Source of the DNA: Octopus vulgaris
Taxonomy: Eukaryota
DNA: 64,000 bases
Direction: 5' to 3'
Assembly: GCA_951406725.2 (NCBI GenBank)
Contig: OX597815.1
Coordinates: forward strand, 152,148,001 to 152,212,000
Shown: positions 63,891-64,000 of the stretch, in pieces
Layout: the number at the start of each line of letters is the position of its first letter
Numbering within the stretch: position 1 is the first letter of the stretch
The notes under the pieces: generated by a model
What the model saw: the letters and a program-made list of their open reading frames with translations, nothing else
What the model was told of the DNA's origin: nothing
Databases searched by the model: none
Translations under genes and position numbers: made by a program

Positions 63891-64000
63891 GGAAAGAGAG
63901 AAAAATTAATGTTTACGCCATTGATATTTGTCAATGAAATACTATTAAAAAGACTGGGACAACTTACAAGGTTTTTAGACTGGGAACATTTTGGAAGGAC
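3026..64000 (-). CDS. Multi-exon cell-surface receptor-like gene: LRR array - LRRCT - Ly6/uPAR (LU) - SEA-like; 5' and 3' ends lie outside the window
   Basis: 18 complete exons plus 1 edge-truncated exon found by hand. All have GT-AG boundaries, consecutive intron phases match (2 through the LRRs, then 1,0,1,0,2,1), and the joined frame has no stop codon. Confidence 0.9.
3330..3910. mobile_element. Two copies of a second SINE family (3330-3500 +, 3715-3910 -)
   Basis: Shared GGTGAGCTG...GTTCAAATTC...CCTTTCATCCTTT...ACCAGTT motif; also near 7100-7310, 17560-17670, 18285-18380, 53535-53975. Confidence 0.75.
4460..6945 (-). mobile_element. R4/Dong-clade non-LTR retrotransposon fragments (RT + CCHC + restriction-like endonuclease), decayed
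   Basis: RT motifs [29 protein letters not shown]; [18 protein letters not shown]; RPDIV / [12 protein letters not shown]; bounded by (TAA)n. Confidence 0.9.
7536..7747 (-). mobile_element. Small element with ~45-bp terminal inverted repeats enclosing a hammerhead motif
   Basis: Inverted repeats at about 7536-7578 / 7704-7747; on the minus strand gacc-CTGATGA-aactgca...tgcagtt-GAAA-catgtg-CA-ggtc at 7616-7699. Confidence 0.7.
8131..13241 (+). mobile_element. Tx1/L1-clade LINE, near full length and decayed (ORF1 zinc knuckle; ORF2 APE endonuclease + RT)
   Basis: ORF1 [14 protein letters not shown]; EN motifs ISET, GDWN, YLDRIL, YTDH, YWKLN; RT motifs [26 protein letters not shown]; flanked by (TCTA)n. 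Confidence 0.93.
13345..14475 (+). mobile_element. Second, 5'-truncated copy of the same Tx1-like family
   Basis: Repeats about 12120-13240; inserted in (TCTA)n. Confidence 0.9.
15185..16180. repeat. About 1 kb of degenerate (ACTC/ATTC)n tetranucleotide satellite
   Basis: Directly visible. Confidence 0.95.
16361..16413 (-). CDS. SEA-like domain exon 2 [17 protein letters not shown](G)
   Basis: 53 bp, TTGCAG/GTAAGC, phase 0-2; links both neighbours in frame. Confidence 0.8.
19674..20036. mobile_element. Head-to-head pair of tRNA-headed elements; the left copy carries a (TAA/CAA)n spacer and a hammerhead tail
   Basis: 19857-19931 is an imperfect reverse complement of 19962-20036 (A box TGGCATAG, B box GTTCGATTCC). 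The left tail 19674-19830 is an inverted match to 23775-23918. Confidence 0.8.
19723..19768 (-). ncRNA. Type I hammerhead ribozyme motif
   Basis: gacag-CTGATGA-a-ggctg(gagggtatat)cagcc-GAAA-cg-TT-gtgtt; one stem I mismatch. Confidence 0.7.
20098..23760 (+). mobile_element. R4/Dong-clade LINE, long decayed copy with internal deletion, inserted in (TAA)n
   Basis: N-terminal [17 protein letters not shown]; RT motifs [50 protein letters not shown]; C-terminal [11 protein letters not shown]. Confidence 0.9.
24952..25040 (-). CDS. SEA-like domain exon 1 (G)[29 protein letters not shown]
   Basis: 89 bp, TAG/GTGAGT, phase 1-0. Confidence 0.82.
25568..25990 (-). mobile_element. RTE 3'-UTR-derived short element
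   Basis: Matches 31620-32130 with a (CAT)n tail; other copies at about 55-360, 16820-16970, 17790-18080, 30020-30230, 34780-35160. Confidence 0.8.
26253..27289 (-). mobile_element. Non-autonomous Helitron-like element
   Basis: 5' TC followed by (CTGT)n; 3' hairpin GACC-TGGCAACGATG-GGTC then CTAG; inserted between A and T. Confidence 0.7.
29500..29683 (-). CDS. LU/three-finger domain exon 2 [61 protein letters not shown]
   Basis: 184 bp, CAG/GTAAGT, phase 0-1; ends in the CCxxxLCN signature of Ly6/uPAR domains. Confidence 0.9.
31248..31339 (-). CDS. LU/three-finger domain exon 1 [30 protein letters not shown]
   Basis: 92 bp, T-rich tract + TAG acceptor, GTAAAT donor, phase 1-0; LxCxxC start motif. 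Confidence 0.85.
31604..34495 (-). mobile_element. RTE-clade LINE, 5'-truncated, young
   Basis: Uninterrupted 680-aa RT frame; 3' UTR with ~55-60-bp tandem repeats (31776-32130); (ATG)n tail. Confidence 0.95.
32293..34335 (-). CDS. RTE reverse transcriptase with an internal Cys/His-rich (PHD-like) insert
   Basis: [47 protein letters not shown]; insert [20 protein letters not shown]. Confidence 0.93.
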   Translation of the reverse strand: MVDRAIRQKRQAWKDWKNGGSRELYQTARREARRQVYLARGEADKKKFANVLRREDERLEVFRVARQCVRENRDVVGEKCVRMDDGSLALNEDAKREVWRCHYERLLNKENEWDKESLPNVDPTEGPAIRVDSSVVAKAIRSMKTGKAPGPSEITAEMLKISGSVGYNLVTRIVNQVIHEGVIPNDWCSSILVNCYKGKGDALDTNNYRGIKLLDQVMKVTERVIAQLIRERVSLDEMQFGFVPGKSTTDAIFLVRQLQEKYLAKDKPLYLAFIDMEKAFDRVPRSLIWWSMRKLGIDEWLVRAVQAMYRDAVSKVRVGNMYTEEFKVEVGVHQGSVLSPLLFIIVLQAITEEFKTGCPWELLYADDLALIAESLSELEEKFQVWKEGLEARGLRVNLAKTKVLISRKVGNPQMSSGRWPCSICRKGVGRNSIRCTQCKLWTHKRCSNVKGRLTGNIVFICGRCSGALTSENLQKTTSVTFQGEKLEVVDSFRYLGDQVSSGGGCAESVTARIRIAWAKFRELLPLLVTKGLSLRVKGRLYDACVRTAMLHGSETWAVTTEDMRKLMRNEASMLRWMCNVSVLTRQSVSSLREMLYLRSISCCVQERRLRWYGHVARMDEDRCVRKCQSLAVEGTRGRGRPRKTWDEVVKHDLRMLGFTMEMTRDRDLWKYAVREKTRQD
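35598..35755 (-). CDS. LRR C-terminal cap exon [52 protein letters not shown]
   Basis: 158 bp, phase 2-1; CxC...C...C pattern of LRRCT. The donor (GTAGTT) is weak but gives the phase the next exon needs. Confidence 0.85.
36402..36650 (-). mobile_element. Tc1/mariner 3' relic
   Basis: End sequence TACAGAGTGTTCGG; translation [19 protein letters not shown] resembles a transposase C-terminus. Confidence 0.55.
36832..36903 (-). CDS. Last LRR exon [24 protein letters not shown]
   Basis: 72 bp, polypyrimidine tract + CAG acceptor, GTAAGC donor, phase 2-2. Confidence 0.92.
37300..38100 (+). mobile_element. Old RTE-like LINE fragment
   Basis: [19 protein letters not shown]...[10 protein letters not shown]. 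Confidence 0.7.
39054..39125 (-). CDS. LRR exon [24 protein letters not shown]
   Basis: 72 bp, CAG/GTAAGT, phase 2-2. Confidence 0.92.
40060..40860 (+). mobile_element. Penelope-like GIY-YIG relic with a downstream degenerate hammerhead
   Basis: YIYEA...KYVGM...FSTRLDNH...[10 protein letters not shown]...INWRVL; CTGATGA core at 40782-40788. Confidence 0.7.
41483..41567 (-). ncRNA. Type I hammerhead ribozyme (inverted copy)
   Basis: cttct-CTGAAGA-gaagatt...aatcttc-GAAA-catgtg-TC-ggaag. Confidence 0.75.
41771..42373 (-). CDS. GIY-YIG endonuclease (Penelope-type), 5'-truncated
   Basis: NSIYQC...FYIGST...KRISIH...LIWDLK...CLLCNSE...CKH. Confidence 0.8.
   Translation of the reverse strand: MLNIKNITNSHALRIGFSNTINLLQIISSHNDKLLNINTFTNTNINFANTIHPSRNINNKVIVFEVNRIKFMSSNSRIKNSIYQCIISTRNKLRFYIGSTSLELSKRISIHYSTFRDRNKRNSTRFSKLIWDLKDHNEQFNLEWLILSISIPYEKGKEFCLLCNSELFFIIFSKNPLVNTVIERAYRCKHWQKHTFSSYK
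42526..42613 (+). ncRNA. Type I hammerhead ribozyme with intact core
   Basis: acttcc-CTGAAGA-gaagatt...aatcttc-GAAA-catgtg-TC-ggaagt; perfect 6-bp stem I. Confidence 0.8.
43316..43387 (-). CDS. LRR exon [24 protein letters not shown]
   Basis: 72 bp, CAG/GTAAGT, phase 2-2. Confidence 0.92.
43553..43745 (-). mobile_element. Penelope-type solo terminal repeat with degenerate hammerhead, in (TA)n
   Basis: tcttt-CTCTCGA-agagcgtaggctc-GAAA-ca-TA-aaaga at 43653-43690; absent from the paralogous intron. Confidence 0.6.
43996..44067 (-). CDS. LRR exon [24 protein letters not shown]
   Basis: 72 bp, CAG/GTAAGT, phase 2-2. Confidence 0.92.
44310..44750. mobile_element. RTE LINE relics in opposite orientations (duplicated at 61020-61460)
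   Basis: Minus strand [15 protein letters not shown]; plus strand [21 protein letters not shown]. Confidence 0.6.
45527..45598 (-). CDS. LRR exon [24 protein letters not shown]
   Basis: 72 bp, CAG/GTGAGT, phase 2-2. Confidence 0.9.
46024..46360 (+). mobile_element. tRNA-derived SINE (duplicated at 62750-63080)
   Basis: A box TGGCTCAGTGG, B box GAGTTCAAATCC in the 62.8-kb copy, followed by a core region. Confidence 0.8.
48607..48678 (-). CDS. LRR exon [24 protein letters not shown]
   Basis: 72 bp, CAG/GTAAGT, phase 2-2. Confidence 0.92.
49871..49942 (-). CDS. LRR exon [24 protein letters not shown]
   Basis: 72 bp, CAG/GTAAGT, phase 2-2. Confidence 0.92.
50652..50723 (-). CDS. LRR exon [24 protein letters not shown]
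   Basis: 72 bp, CAG/GTAAGT, phase 2-2. Confidence 0.92.
51060..52800 (-). mobile_element. CR1-clade LINE 3' fragment (RT), decayed
   Basis: [49 protein letters not shown]. Confidence 0.9.
52800..53480 (-). mobile_element. Old R4/Dong-like RT fragment
   Basis: FFVDDQKIY...[14 protein letters not shown]; [12 protein letters not shown]. Confidence 0.65.
54467..54538 (-). CDS. LRR exon [24 protein letters not shown]
   Basis: 72 bp, CAG/GTAAGT, phase 2-2. Confidence 0.92.
55153..55215 (-). pseudogene. Degenerate copy of LRR exon 54467-54538
   Basis: 63 bp with several small deletions and an early TAA; the flanks also match about 54450-54680. Confidence 0.75.
55696..55756 (-). pseudogene. Degenerate LRR exon ([17 protein letters not shown]...)
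   Basis: 61 bp between CAG and GTAAGT; similar to exon 48607-48678 but with deletions at both ends. Confidence 0.7.
57392..57463 (-). CDS. LRR exon [24 protein letters not shown]
   Basis: 72 bp, CAG/GTAAGT, phase 2-2; paralog of 43316-43387. Confidence 0.92.
57690..58935 (-). mobile_element. CR1-clade LINE 3' fragment
   Basis: [51 protein letters not shown]. Confidence 0.88.
58946..60557 (+). mobile_element. Tc1-family DNA transposon, full length with ~220-bp IR-DR type TIRs and TA target duplication
   Basis: TA-CAGTTGCGGCCAACATGTTCAGAACGG ... CCGTTCTGAACATGTTGGCCGCAACTG-TA; inner direct repeat GCGGCCAAAATGATCAGAACGG. Confidence 0.95.
59288..60316 (+). pseudogene. Tc1 (DD34E-type) transposase, frameshifted
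   Basis: [18 protein letters not shown]; FSEESK (first catalytic D replaced by E), [29 protein letters not shown]. Confidence 0.9.
60704..60775 (-). CDS. LRR exon [24 protein letters not shown]
   Basis: 72 bp, CAG/GTAAGT, phase 2-2; paralog of 43996-44067. Confidence 0.92.
62254..62325 (-). CDS. LRR exon [24 protein letters not shown]
   Basis: 72 bp, CAG acceptor, GTGAGT donor, phase 2-2; paralog of 45527-45598. Confidence 0.9.
63166..63198 (-). pseudogene. Half LRR exon ([11 protein letters not shown]) fused to a SINE at a duplication junction
   Basis: Donor GTAAG is kept, but the 5' half and acceptor are replaced by sequence matching 53693 onward. Confidence 0.75.
63197..64000 (+). repeat. 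Near-identical duplicate of 53693-54499 (SINE pair, intron and LRR exon)
   Basis: Direct sequence match continuing to the window end. Confidence 0.95.
63968..64000 (-). CDS. LRR exon, partial at window edge (...[11 protein letters not shown])
   Basis: Donor GTAAGT; near-identical to the 3' half of exon 54467-54538. Confidence 0.85.

Noticed and set aside
3026-64000. Naming the gene as an LGR, Slit, Toll-like receptor or ADGRA ortholog
   Set aside because: No LDLa, EGF, TIR, Ig, GAIN or TM region is visible in the window, and the LU and SEA-like domains do not fit those families.

Overview
AT-rich, repeat-dense eukaryotic DNA. The SINE families, microsatellites and LINE types suggest an octopus or other cephalopod genome (inference). 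The ORF track misses the main feature: one large minus-strand spliced gene that crosses almost the whole window, with both ends outside it. Read by hand, it has 12 complete 72-bp phase-2 leucine-rich-repeat exons (36.8-62.3 kb), a 13th cut by the right edge, and three damaged copies. These are followed by an LRR C-terminal cap exon, a two-exon Ly6/uPAR three-finger domain and a three-exon SEA-like domain. All exons join in frame through GT-AG introns. The LRR exons follow a roughly 4-exon higher-order repeat and are still expanding by segmental duplication (42.7-46.4 kb ~ 56.7-63.1 kb; 53.7-54.5 kb ~ 63.2-64 kb). The introns hold R4/Dong-like, Tx1/L1-like, RTE and CR1 LINEs, Penelope-like fragments, a Tc1 transposon with long TIRs, a Helitron-like element and tRNA-derived SINEs. 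They also contain about ten type-I hammerhead ribozyme motifs, including a head-to-head pair of tRNA-head + microsatellite + hammerhead elements. Repeat boundaries are approximate; exon coordinates were counted by hand.
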